Shown in pieces: positions 40,345 to 52,500 of a DNA stretch of 64,000 bases (positions are counted from its first letter, which is position 1; each line of letters starts with the position of its first letter). The stretch covers positions 124,001 through 188,000 of the forward strand of contig ML996701.1 of assembly GCA_010356995.1 (NCBI GenBank), written 5' to 3'. Below the pieces are notes generated by a model. It ran no database searches. It was not told where the DNA came from and saw nothing but the letters and a program-made list of their open reading frames with translations. Both the position numbers and the translations under genes were made by a program. This DNA comes from Trichodelitschia bisporula (lineage: Eukaryota).

Positions 40345-41541
40345 ATGGAGCAGTACCGCAACCAAATCAAGCACATCGCATCGACAGTCCTCCCCTCCCG
40401 GACGGGCGCCGCCGATACGATCCACAAGGCCGGCACGAACGATGGCTGGCATGGAGCCATTTTAGAGGAAGGGCCGTTCAAGCCAGAGGCGGATCGGTAC
40501 CATCTGTACATCGGACTCTTCTGCCCCTTCGCCCACCGCGTGAACCTCGTCCGGCACCTCAAGGGTTTGACAGACATTATCTCCCTGGACGTGGTCAAGG
40601 CATATCCAAAAGGAGACGACGAGGGCTGGCCCGGGTGGCAGTTTCCGAAGACGGTCGACGAGTATCATGACTCGACAACGGATCGCCTGTTTGGCAGCGC
40701 CTTCCTCCATGAAGTATATTTTCGCGCAGACAAAGAATATAAGGGCCGATACAGTGTGCCCGTCCTATGGGACAAGAAGAAAAACACCATTGTCAATACT
40801 GTAAGTGGCCTTCGCGCGTTTTGAGCGGAACTAACCTGGCCATAGGAGAGTGGAGAGCTCCTGCGCTGGCTGCCGACGGCGTTCAATAGCATCCTTCCCG
40901 AGGAGTATGCCAAAATCGACCTGTATCCGCCGCATCTGCGGGCGCATATCGATGCCGTCACTGCCTGGATGCAGCCGGATCTCAATATCGGCGTGTACAA
41001 GACCGGATTCGCGCCGGACCAAGAGACGTACGACAAGAACGTGATTCCGGTGTTCGCGGCGCTGAACAAGCTAGAGGAGATTGTGCACGCACATGGCGGG
41101 CCGTATCTCCTCGGGAACGAGTTGACCGAGCTTGATATCCGCCTGTACGCCACGCTGATCAGGTTCGACGTCGCGTATGTGCAGCATTTCAAGTGCAACC
41201 TGGGAACTATCCGCCATGATTACCCGAATCTACACAATTGGCTGAAGAACCTGTACTGGAACGTCAAGGGATTCAAGGAGACGACTAACTTTAGGCACAT
41301 CAAAGAAAATGTACGCGGCTCAGACTATGTGAGCGCAACGGCTGACCAGAAGCAGTACACGAAGAGCCACCCGGGCATCAACCCAAAGGCCATCACGCCG
41401 ATGGGTCCGTTTCCCGACATTGACGAGGGCTTCGAGCCGGACTTTTTGAAGCTGCCCGTGGGAGCGATCAAGCTCCCTGCGGTTGTGGAGCGTCAGGCTA
41501 CGCTGGAGAGTCCCACTACCCCGTCTAAAGCTGCTCTGTAG
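40345..41541 (+). CDS. Glutathionyl-hydroquinone reductase (Xi/omega-like GST; Ecm4/Gto/YqjG family)
   Basis: CACCATGG start; RYHLYIGLFCPFAHR catalytic motif, GRYSVPVLWDKK, N.GVYKTGFA, DIRLYATLIRFD, HFKCN, HIKEN|YTKSH; introns 40801-40845 and 41311-41355. Confidence 0.93.
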
Positions 41542-41664
41542 GTCGGCAAAGCCTTTGCCGAATAAGCGGTATATTTTCGAGATACCCCGGATGATGGCGT
41601 ACGGTACATAGACCCAACATAATACTTCTTTCTACGGAATCCCAATGTAAGTGAATCGGTGTCC

Positions 41665-43910
41665 TTAAAGCACAACCCACTTCTCCTCACCCTCGTCTTC
41701 ATCGTCCTTCTCCCCCTGCCCCTTCCCATCCTCCCCCCCCCTGTCATCCCCCCTCCACTCATTCTCTCCTTCTTTCCTTCCCTCCTTCCCTTCCTCTTTC
41801 CCCTCCTCCTTCCCTCCCCCCTCCCAGTCCCCCACATCCATCCCCTCCAAGCCCTTCAAATCAGGCCTCACATATTTCTCCCTTGCCTCCTCCGACTCCC
41901 ATAGCACCGGGGTATAATACGCCCTCCAAAGCTCCTCATAAACAACATGCCCATTCCCCCTCACCCATCCCTCAAACCCCCCTCCCACCGCCCCCTGCAC
42001 ATTACTCAGTACCTGTCCCGCCCAAAAGCGCCGCCACGTCACCCCCCTTACATACGGCCCGCGTAATCGGCGCACAGTTTCCCGTCCCCGCGCTGCAAGA
42101 CTCTCCGCATTTCCGCCCTGGAGTGCCGCCCACACCGCCGCCAGCATCTCTGCGTGCGAGCTCACGCAGCCTATATCGACGGCGCGCAGCTCCCCGCCGG
42201 GGCATATCTCGTCGGTCAGCAGCGCAGCGTGGAAGGACAGTTCTTCGAGGGGGGGAATCTCGCCGGTCCACAAGAGGCCGGTGTGATCCCCCAGCACGTC
42301 GAGATTTTGCGGAGGAATGAGGGACGGCAGCCGCGCACGGTCCGGCCGAGCGACGTGCGTGCGTGCCCCGTAGGAGTTCCACGTGCGCGGGGTGTAGTGC
42401 TTCATCCACAGTGTGGACGGGAGGGGGAAGAGGGACGTGAAGGTTTGGAGGGAGAGGGTGGGTGCGAGGGTGGGGTGGGAGAGGGAAAGGGATGAGAGTG
42501 CTACGTGGACGATTTGGATCCAGAAGGTGGCTTGGGTGGCGGAGTATGGAGGGAGGGAGGAGGGGGCATGGGCGCGGGCGCGCATGGTGTTGGACTGGAG
42601 GGCGGAGAGGGCGTGGGTTTGGATGAGGTGTCGGAGGTGGAGGGAGTGGAGGGTGTACTGCGCGACGGAGAGGGCGAAGCGGAGGAGCCGGTAGGTGTCT
42701 TGGGGGAGGGGGGAGGGGTGGTGGAGGGTTGGGAGGGGCGCGAGGTCGGGCGTGGTCCAGTGGAGGTGGGCGGGGGGGCTGGAGAGGGTGGTTGCGGTGT
42801 AGTAGGCTTGCCAGAGGGTGGGGTTTGTGAGGGCGGGGGAGTGGAGGAGGATGAGATTGAAGGATGAGGGTGGAGGGGCGGATGGGAGGTTGTGCTGGCG
42901 CTTGTAGCGGTTGATGGAGAAGCGGAGGATGTAGAGCCAGAAGATGGTTAGTGTGCTGGAGAGGTTAGTTTCTGATATCAGGATAGGAGCTGGGGCGTAC
43001 CGGTTTTCCGCATCGTGGAATCGATTCGGCCATGCTTCGCGCAGGCGTTCGAGGTGGTGAGTGAACGTTTCTGCGGAATCGAAGATACCTTTCTCATTCC
43101 CGATACAGTCCAGTAAGATCATGTATCCGGCCCGAAGGTAGTTTCGGTGGTTCCACACGGGAAGGTCGGCCGCCAGAAAGCCATGCCAAAATGCCGCCGG
43201 CTCCAGGTCCAGCTCTGTCTCCTGGACCCTCGGGTGGTACGATGAAGTCTCCTGGGCTGGTAACTCTTGATGCAGCGGTAATGGTGGTGCATCTCTAGCG
43301 ACCTCCGTGTGTGAGATGGAGTCCAAAACGTCGTATATATGCGCTCCAGTCTTAGCACTGAACCCCGGAGTCGCCACAATCTCCCAGCTCAGCCGGCCCT
43401 CGTACCTCGCCAGCTCCTCTTCAAACCGTTTCACGGTCTCCGCGACCGTGGTCGAAGCACTCTCCGGTGGGAGCAGGTCCTGCTTGTTAAATACGATCCA
43501 CAGGTACCGCGCGCCCACAAGTTGCAGCTGCCTCGCAAATTCATGAAGAACCGCGAAAGACTCGCTCAGCGCTTTAGAGCGCCCGCAGCCGTGTACAAAG
43601 ATGCCCAAACAGTTTGGGCTAACAAAGTAGCTGATGTAGGCGGGAACCCCATCGCAGCCTAGAGCTCGTCAGATTGGACCTGCTTTGAACGGGAGGACAA
43701 ACCGCGAACGGCCCATATCTCGTAGTTGGTGCCCCGGTGGGCTATTGTCTCAACATTACAGAAGCCAACTGTAGTTGAAGCAGTGCTGACGTCTGCCCCG
43801 AGCTTCCACTTGTGAAGAAGCGTAGCCTTGCCGGAAGCGCCGAGTCCAAACATGACCACTTTCTGTTCCTTCGGTCCGAACCAGGGAATAGCTTTGAGCA
43901 AGCTCGCCAT
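41665..43910 (-). CDS. ARF-like P-loop domain fused to three repeats of an uncharacterised domain
   Basis: ATG 43910; introns 43702-43659 and 43000-42956. KVVMFGLGASGKATLL, TTVGFCNVETI, NKQD, SAKTG give the ARF fold; the C-terminus has three TxFW...LWxxY(Y/T)...PD units. Confidence 0.85.
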
Positions 43911-45396
43911 TCGGTAAACTGCTGTTAGTCGAACACAAAATTGAATGCAACCATTCCCAACTCCGGAGTCCCCATACGCTAAGTAGAGGCTGTTGCCTGA
44001 ATGTTCAAAGGACACCTTGGCCGACTTTCATGTTGCGCAAAACATGGCGGTTGTGGCTGGCCGGCTAGGCATCATTGTGAGTACTTTCTCTGTGGTGAGC
44101 ATGTTGCTTGTCATCAAATTCTGAATATTTGCTTACTCAACTCAGGCCGGCCGAGAGAAAATGCTGCCGCCTAATGCGCTACACCTCTGATGGGAGCGAG
44201 GACTCATTTTGTGCGAAGGCAACTGTAAAACTGAATATTGAAGTAAAGACAAAGAGTGGAAGAGAGTTGGGAACTCTCAGGAATATATGTACCATGGTCC
44301 TTCAATTCCTTCCCTTAGACATGAGCATATTACGGCATGTCCCTTCCTCAGATAAGTATGCTCCTTCCCATATCTACATCAACCTCGCTGTGCCGGCAAG
44401 GCTGCCGACGTCGGTCAAAAAGCGTCAGAGATCCATTCGCCGATTGCCTTGACAAATGGCATTAGCTGTGTTCGTAATCATGCAATGAAGACCGCTGTCA
44501 CAAGTTCCGCATTCGATTTCGGGGTATGTATCCGCCAGCCTAGCGTCCCACAGCCGGCTCGTGGTTGCTGATGTGTATACGTATCGGGAGCCGATAACGC
44601 CGACGACACCTCAACTTGTTTGTAAATAGCTAAAAGTATATCAACGCCAGACCGCCACGTCAGCCCATTTGTTTACCTTGCGGAGAATCGCCACAACATT
44701 GGTGTCGTGACCATCGGTTCCATTTGGGTCGTTCCGATGCCCGGGATCACACTACAATGTTGGGAAGAAGGGTCTCGGTAGAAGTGAATTGCGACTACCG
44801 TTGCGGTCTACTGACAGTAATGACGAGTTGCAAAAGAAAGAAGACAACGCGGCCAGAGTCCGGAGTCATCCTCGAGAATGCACCTGGGGAAGATTGAAAT
44901 GGAGTAAGTGTATGGAGTTCACGTAAATGCCATCATCAGTACGTAGGACTTTAACAGGCTATACAATGATTCTAACGATCCGCAAGCATCATGCACACCG
45001 GATGGTTAAGGTGTCCCAAACTGCAAACTTATGACTGAACCCACGTGGAATCCCGGGTCCGGTTGAAAATAAGTGCCGGAGGAACGCGCAATGAAGCCAG
45101 AGAATAGCGGACCGTGTTCCAAAGAGTGTGACGCGGCCTGGGAAGTTTAGCACTGAGATACGGTGTATATAAACACCCAAGACGCCCCTCCAGCTCAAGT
45201 CCCGACAAAACATATCCTCACCACCATCCACCACCATCCACCACTCCCATTAGAGATCTGTCTTCACTTGTCTCGACAACCACATACCTCAATTCGTGAC
45301 AGACACAGCATCCACATCACCACTCACCATTCAACACAAACCTCCATCCTCACTTGTCTCGACTACCACACATCCCTTTTCCTTTCAAGCCTCACC

Positions 45397-46517
45397 ATGG
45401 ACCCGATCATGGTACACTCCTCGGACAAGGCCACAACCAAGGCACCCTCCGTGCCACCACCCCAGCCGAGTCGTGCACTCCACCCTCTAGCCAGCAGGGC
45501 ACCGACTCGGATAGGACCATCGAAGCGGATAGCCTCGCCGAAGGGGGCTGGACCATCGAAAGGGATTGGACCCACGACTGGTATTGGAATGCGGGCATGC
45601 TTGCGAACTCCAAAACACACCGATTTCTGCATTACAGTCTTCCTCCGTATAGGTATTACGGCGACGATGGCTGCCATGATTCGTCCCGCACCTTTGCGAT
45701 ACGCCAGGGGCGGGCTCTGGGATCATTAGCCCGCCCACCATTCAGCTTTTTCGACATGCTGCTTTGCTGGACTGAATGAGAATTTCCCGCTCATCGCGCG
45801 ATAGTTTGCCCCGCGTCGGAGCAGTTAAATGTGCACTCGCAGCTCGCGGATTCCCAGTGTCCCCGAGTTCAGATGGAGTGGTTGGCGAACTACTGGAGCA
45901 CTCGTTCCATGCTCCAATTTCTGTACGACGGGGAGTACGCCGAGCCGGAAGCTTACGAGGAATTCGGACAGCCCATTACAGAATTGGAGCGAAGCTGCAG
46001 CACAACCAACGACGAAGAGAAGGAAGGGGAGGACGAAATCGCTGCAGAAGAAGGTAGTGGAGAAGAAGAGACAGTCAACGGGGACCAAGATGAAGATAAG
46101 ACAGTCAACGGAAATCAAGATGAGGAGCAGGTCCCAGGGCGTCCCACTCCCATGCTATTTCACGCAGAAGTTTTCATGCTGGCCATTGAACTCGACATGG
46201 ACGATCTGGGTGCGAACGCCGAGCAGTGCTTTATTGCCTGCAGTGCATGGAATGTAGAGATCGATGATCTTCTGGCGGCAACGAAGGTGGTTTGGACCGA
46301 CGGTCAAGATCTGGGAGACGCGAAGTGTTCCGCTCTCTTGCGTCCCCGGTGGGAGAACATGAAGCGTGTGATCGAGAGGGAGCTAATGGAGCATTGGCCA
46401 GAGGTCCAAGCGATGGAAGACTTCAAGATAATTAGTCATAATTATCCTGAACTTTTGATGGGGATTATTTGGACCCAATATCCGTTCAGGGTCAAGCAGG
46501 AGTCCGTCTGGACTTGA
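45397..46517 (+). CDS. Divergent BTB/POZ-domain protein or pseudogene
   Basis: TATATAAA near 45165, CACCATGG at 45397; KHTDFCITV in one frame, and EFPAHRAIVCPAS...MLQFLYDGEY...HAEVFMLAIELDMDDL in another, just after TGA 45777-45779. Needs an atypical intron (45653-45780) or is broken. Confidence 0.65.
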
Positions 46518-49500
46518 GTTAGAAGAATAATGGACAGATAACAGAATGATTCCTAACTATGATCGTGCTGACAAGAATATCAAGTAGCTGTTGATTCGCT
46601 CGTACACAACCATCCAGTTCATTAGCGATCTCCGAATAGCCTTGCCATTTCAGTTGAATATCTTTTTGTCGACGATGGGATGATGATGAATGCCAAGAAT
46701 GGCATATCGAGACCACATGGGGTGGGATATCCACGGCGCATGCTCGACTCACAGTACAGTACACCTTTCAAATGCTCGTCAGCTATGCTTCGTCTAGAGG
46801 AATCTAGTCAGTCAAGTTCAACATTTGAAATCCCAGAATCATCACGACAGACCTTGTTCTTCGCTCCACCATTCCGCTAGAGCATCTTCTCCACCGCCGA
46901 GAGCGGGGCCCGCCTTCCTGCGCTACTCTAGCTGCCGCTCTGCTCCTTACGCCGCAAATTCCTGTTCACACCCGCTCAAAGCCTATTCGCACGACGCACC
47001 GCATAGCACCCGAGCACCCGCATCTCAATCTTCAAGCTAACCAAGCCAAACTTACCCCTTGCGGCCAGCGCACCTCAATCGAGCACTGCAAGATACAGAT
47101 CAGGCCGTAGCGGCACGCATTAAGTCTTCCTTCGGCTCCCGGCAACACCGGGCCCCAATCGCCGCAAAGGCCACGCCTCATCCAAACGCCTTCGTATTGC
47201 AGCTCTCAAGACGTCTAGCGCGCGACTGCCCAACGGTACGATGCATCTGAAGCGGCGTTAGCGTGCGGGTGCATATTTCGAAACGCGGCGAGCGCGCATG
47301 AGGTCGGGGTTGCGGCTTCCGGGTGCTTGGCGGATCTTTGCGAACGGGTTCGGTCGCGAAGCAAAGTCGGATGTCTATTTCGTACGCATTACTGTCGGAT
47401 CCGGGTCAGGTGTGAGGAAGGTTGTTATGCGGGGAGTTGGGTTCGACAGCGGGGTGACGGCCCGAGGGCTGGTGGGCTGGCACTGCTGGTCGATAGGTTA
47501 GTTCTAGACGTCACGTTTGTCCTGATGACCTCTCGCTTGCTTACCTGTGTGATTCGCCACTCGCTAACTTGCTTATGCTAGGCTGGCCGGTCAAGCCTTA
47601 CAGTGTCGAATACACTACGAAGGGGAACGCTTGTCGTTGAAAGGCGTCACATTTACGTCGCCGGTACGAACGAACCGACATGCACATGCCCCACGTATGG
47701 TGGGTGAGACGACTAGCGCGGTGATGTGCTACTGCAGTTATGCTCCATGCAGCACCCATCACGCCTGCTACGCTTGAATGGATCGGACCCTGAGGCATGC
47801 CTAATGACGAGCATTGTGGGCTGATGTTGAACGATGGACGAACGGGTGCTGGTGTTTAGCTTGCGCCATGAAGAGAGGTAATTGATTCCAAGAGGATGCG
47901 GAATACTCCTGATACGTGCGCTGCTGCCTGTGGTTGGTGAGGTGTCGCCTTCAACTTGGCTCGCCGGGCCGTCGTTCCCGCCTCACGAGTCTACTGGCCA
48001 CTTCCACTGGTTGAGCGGAGAACGAACCGTGGGAGCCGTAAGAGATGGACAGCCATGCTTTGGGCTTCATCTCTGCGTGGGGGTCATGGAGTAGAGTCAC
48101 TGGTGAGTGTTGACCGAACATCGTTGTTTTTGAGACAGAGATCATAAAGCTCGTAGACACTGGAAAGTTTGATGATCCTCCTACACAAAGCACACACCAA
48201 CTGCTTCTTTTCGGCATCATGTGCTTGCTCGTTTCGCATCAGTCATGCAGAGACGTCAATACTTGCTCTGACTATAGCCATACACTGGGCAGACAAACTC
48301 ATTGCGTTCCCAGATAGATTATATCGTGCCCGTCTCAGTTGATTCTGATGTTGAGGTATACCCGTGGATCGATCGCTGAACATTGGTCCGATACACCAGA
48401 TCGCTCGATGCTACTTTCTAGGGAGCCTGGATCGTAATCTACTTAACTTTAGGGGGCCGTGATCTCGCACTAGGCGGCCTTCTACTCCGTACTACATCCG
48501 TACGGGCCACTCGAATGAGCATGAGTTCCTCAGATATCAACATGGAGAGCGCTTCCCGGGAGGTCCCATGAGAAGCCTCTTCAGAAATGTCTGGAACCTG
48601 GTAGTCGTCCCGCGGGTATTGAAAGGTAAAAGCATGCTCGCTGGTTGATACTGATGACGGACTGCAGGTGACAGGCAATGACGATCGATGCGACTACGAT
48701 CTTTCCATACTCTGGTGGAGTTTCCATTCGCTGAAAGAGCCTGTCTGATGTGAACCAAGGAATGAGAATTGATGTCCCTGGAAGGAACGGTCCTACCTGA
48801 GGAAGTGACATATGGCAAGACTGGAAGGAACCCTTGGTGGGCTAAGAAGGAGGAGATGTGAGTAGCCCCGCCGCTCTCTTATCTTTTCTTGAACTTCATC
48901 TTTCCTTTCACTCTCAATCATGCACTCGTTGTTTTGCACACGCGCCGTGGTGATGCTCCTATTACTGTTGAACTCTTTGACCTCGGTTCTCGGTCCGTTA
49001 GTGACCAATTCTGCATCTAACAAGCGGGCCTTTCTTCCAGAGGAAGGGACGATAGCCAAAGACATAATGAGGCAGAGAGAGCGCGATCAGGATCCTCAGC
49101 ATTCCTAGCGTATCAACCTGTAAAGGGCAGGATATGCGAGCGCTGCCAGTCTGGAACCGCCTCCGAATCCCCTTTGCCGAGGCGCAACATCTAGGCCAGT
49201 CGACGAGGGGACGTCACTGCATGCCGCGAGCCCTCATTCGCCAGGACTCTCGAATAGCCTTTGGACGGCGTGCAGTCCTTTGCACGATGTACCGTAAAGG
49301 GCCTAGGAAAAGGAGAGCAGGACCGTAAGCAGTCGGGTGACCGCTGGGCATCTCCTAAACTGATGCCAAACGCGCATACGGTGACGCTGGAGCGATATGA
49401 GTGGCAAAAAGGCGATGCGGTTGTCGGATGATAGTGGCGAGCCTCCCGGTGCGGCCATGGCGACATTATGCCTGGATGAAACCAAACAGCGCCGCCTCGT

Positions 49501-52500
49501 ACGGTGCCTTCCGGAGTCCGGCTCGACGCACGGATGCCCTATGCAGAGATGCAGCGCGTTTCGGCGATGAACAAGGCTAGCAGGGCGTAAAAAGAGCGGA
49601 TTGGGGAGATTGAGCTGGCGTCAGTATCAGATTTCCGATTTCAAATTTCTGCGGAGAAGGAGGCTGAGTGATCGACCATGGCACCCGCGTGATGGTGGAG
49701 CGCGAGACGACGCGACGTCGTCATGACTGAGATGGCGGCGACTCGAGAGATGCGAAGCCCTAGACTGAACGGCGGTGTGGAGCAGATACACCACCGCGCG
49801 GTGGACGTGGACGAAAACCGAGCTCGCGGTTCGTGTGACGGTCGCAGTCCACGTCGCTCTGTAAACATCGGGATGCCAGCCAGACGGCCGGACTCCAGCC
49901 TAGCGCCCGCACAACGCGAACAACAGCCAATATTGCTCCGAAAGCCATGAAGCCCACCACGTATTCCAGAGCGCAATTAAAATGCCGTCGCGAAGAAATG
50001 CAAGAAGCCCCGCGTCCATTGGCCAGGGCGCTCGCTGCGCAGCGAGGCTTGAGGCACGCCTCGCCATCCCGCAACAGCTGGAGGGGTCACGTCGTGTCCT
50101 GCACATCGGTGACTTTATGCCGATCCTCCCAACGGCGCCTGGGCATCTCTAGTACAACGCATGTTCCTCTCGCCTTCCTGCATGTACTCCAATTAGAGGC
50201 AACGAGCGGACGACAGCCGCACGCCCACCGCCTATCGGCGCGCGTGCCTGACTGGCAGCACTCATCCTTCATTCATAGCCTCGGAACGAACGGCGTCGGG
50301 AGCAGCATAGGTAGACCAGTCCACCCACGTAGCCGTACGGGGGACAATCAGCGCAAACATCGGCAAGCCAGGCCATGCCGGCCCCTAGGCGGGGCAGGGC
50401 GGTCGCTCATTCGCTGCCTGCCGCACCCGCAGATCGCGACGTGATCGGCGACCAGGTGGGTTAATCTCCGAGACGTGGGCCGGGCGAGCAACAATCACCA
50501 GGCACGCGCTCGCGCTGGATGTCGCGGTACGGGCTGCAGGACGCTGCTGCTGCGCGCCCCGACGTCGACGCACGCCCCGTCGTACGTGATGCCGCTAGCC
50601 GAGCAAGCTGCGCAGCGCGTCGAGGACCCCGACAGCGGGAGATGTGATGGGCCTGCCGCGAGGTTCGAGCAGTTGGCGGGGCCTGTCAGGCGGCGAACGG
50701 ATGTAAGGCTGCCCGGCGGGAATGTCATGTCAAAGTAAAAGTCAAAGTCGAAGTACGTATCCCGCTCCTGCCCCCGCTTCGGGCCTGCCCAGAGCGGAAT
50801 TCGTCGGCGCCGTCGCAGCACTACGGCTGATCGGCACCCACACCGGGACGGCAACGTGCCTACCGTTCTCACGGCGACGGGTTCGCGCGTGCGGAACACG
50901 CCCTGCGGTCTATCCCGGTCATCGGGACTGAAGACCCCATGCGTCGCTGCGACATATCGAACTGGTGCGAGGATGCGAGGTTGATGCTCGCACCCGACAC
51001 ACGTCCTCCGTACTGTAACCCACGCGCAGCGAACACTTGCATTTCGCCGCTTTCTGCACAAAGCCCGTCTACCACGCGCATGCCCCTCTTCCCCCTCCTT
51101 CGCCAAGCGCCGCGGCAAGCGGGCCTCGCAGCACATCCACCCCGCACTGAGCCTGCAAACGGCATGCCGCGATATGCGCGGCGGGGCCACCCCGCACGAC
51201 CTGCATCATCTGGCGGCGCATCGCGCAGCTCGCGTCTGCCACCTACCTTCGCAGCGCTCCTGGACACTAGCAGCCCGCACTCACTCCACCGTCATCGGTA
51301 CCCACACCCCTCGGGACATCCGCACGGCCCCGTCGGCGCCCGCCCTACCGAAGAGAAGAGCGGTGACCTCCCCCCATGCCCTCGCAATATCCGCGCTCCA
51401 CGTAGAGGGAGGACGTGTTACGTTTCGCTGTCGTGGCTTATAGGTAACGCGGTACAACAGCGCAGGGCAGGGCCGCTGCGTCAGCGTCAGGGGCGCGCAG
51501 CGCGCGCGCAACCGGTCCTGTCGCGTTTACCCGCGTTACGCAGCGCAGTGGGGAGTCCAAACTCCGGACCGCGGGCGGTGGGTGCTGCATGGCCTACGAG
51601 GTTCTGCCAAAGTCTGGGACGGAGGGCCGCACAGGACTCACCGACAAGGCTGTCGTGCGAGCGTGCGCCTGCGCCGTAACGGACTTGCGTGGGAGGTAGT
51701 GGGTGTCGCGACGTGCGCACCGCAGCGGCGGCATATATGTGTGGGACTGAGGAGCTGCCAATACGTTGCGCTATTGCTTTGTACCGCTTGCCGCTCTGCA
51801 ACGGTTGCGCCTGGCGGCCCCACGGCCGCAGCGACACGAACCACTGTGCCATGTCGGCGTTGCTGGGGGCGGGGAAAAGAGGTGGGACCACGATGAGAGG
51901 ATGTGGTGTTCCCCGTGGATTTTCTGTCGTCGACGGATGTTATTGTTTTACCTTGATGCCACTGCGATGGAGGTTGCGTGGCGGGTGTGGAGCTGCCGCC
52001 CTGAAGGCTGTGCTCGAGACTTACATCCGTACAGTACCTTACGTTCTGGGGACGGTAACGAAGACTGGAGTGGCTGCTTTCGGGCGACGGGACCAGCAGA
52101 CGGGCGTCTCACAGGGCTCTTCCCTTGCCCTTCTTTTGCGGCGAGCAGCAGCAAGGGGAGCCCATGAATCGAATCCGAACTGCGGCCCGGGATGACTGGA
52201 GAAAAGTCCCAAGGGCGGAAACGAGGTAATGGCAAGCAGTTGGCCAGTGGTGAAGAGATGCGAAGAACCGCAAGCCTCCCAAGCGAGATTATTGCCATCC
52301 CAGACGGACGACCCTCCGCCTCCCTTCCGTTCGGCAACGTTGCGGTTGGATAAAATTTCCTAAATTCCGGGATGCCGGACAAGGATGGGGCGGGTGAGTT
52401 CGAGGGTCGAGAAAAGCGGCGCGGAAAGACGTGAGGCCTCGAAGACTCGAAGCCTCACGGAAGACGACGATCGTTGAAGCGAGCCAAAAAATATAAAGCG

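Noticed and set aside
1..46517. Biosynthetic or metabolic gene cluster
   Set aside because: No PKS/NRPS/terpene backbone gene, and the neighbours are functionally unrelated.
50495..51679. Overlapping 231-aa and 246-aa ORFs
   Set aside because: GC-rich random-like translations on both strands.
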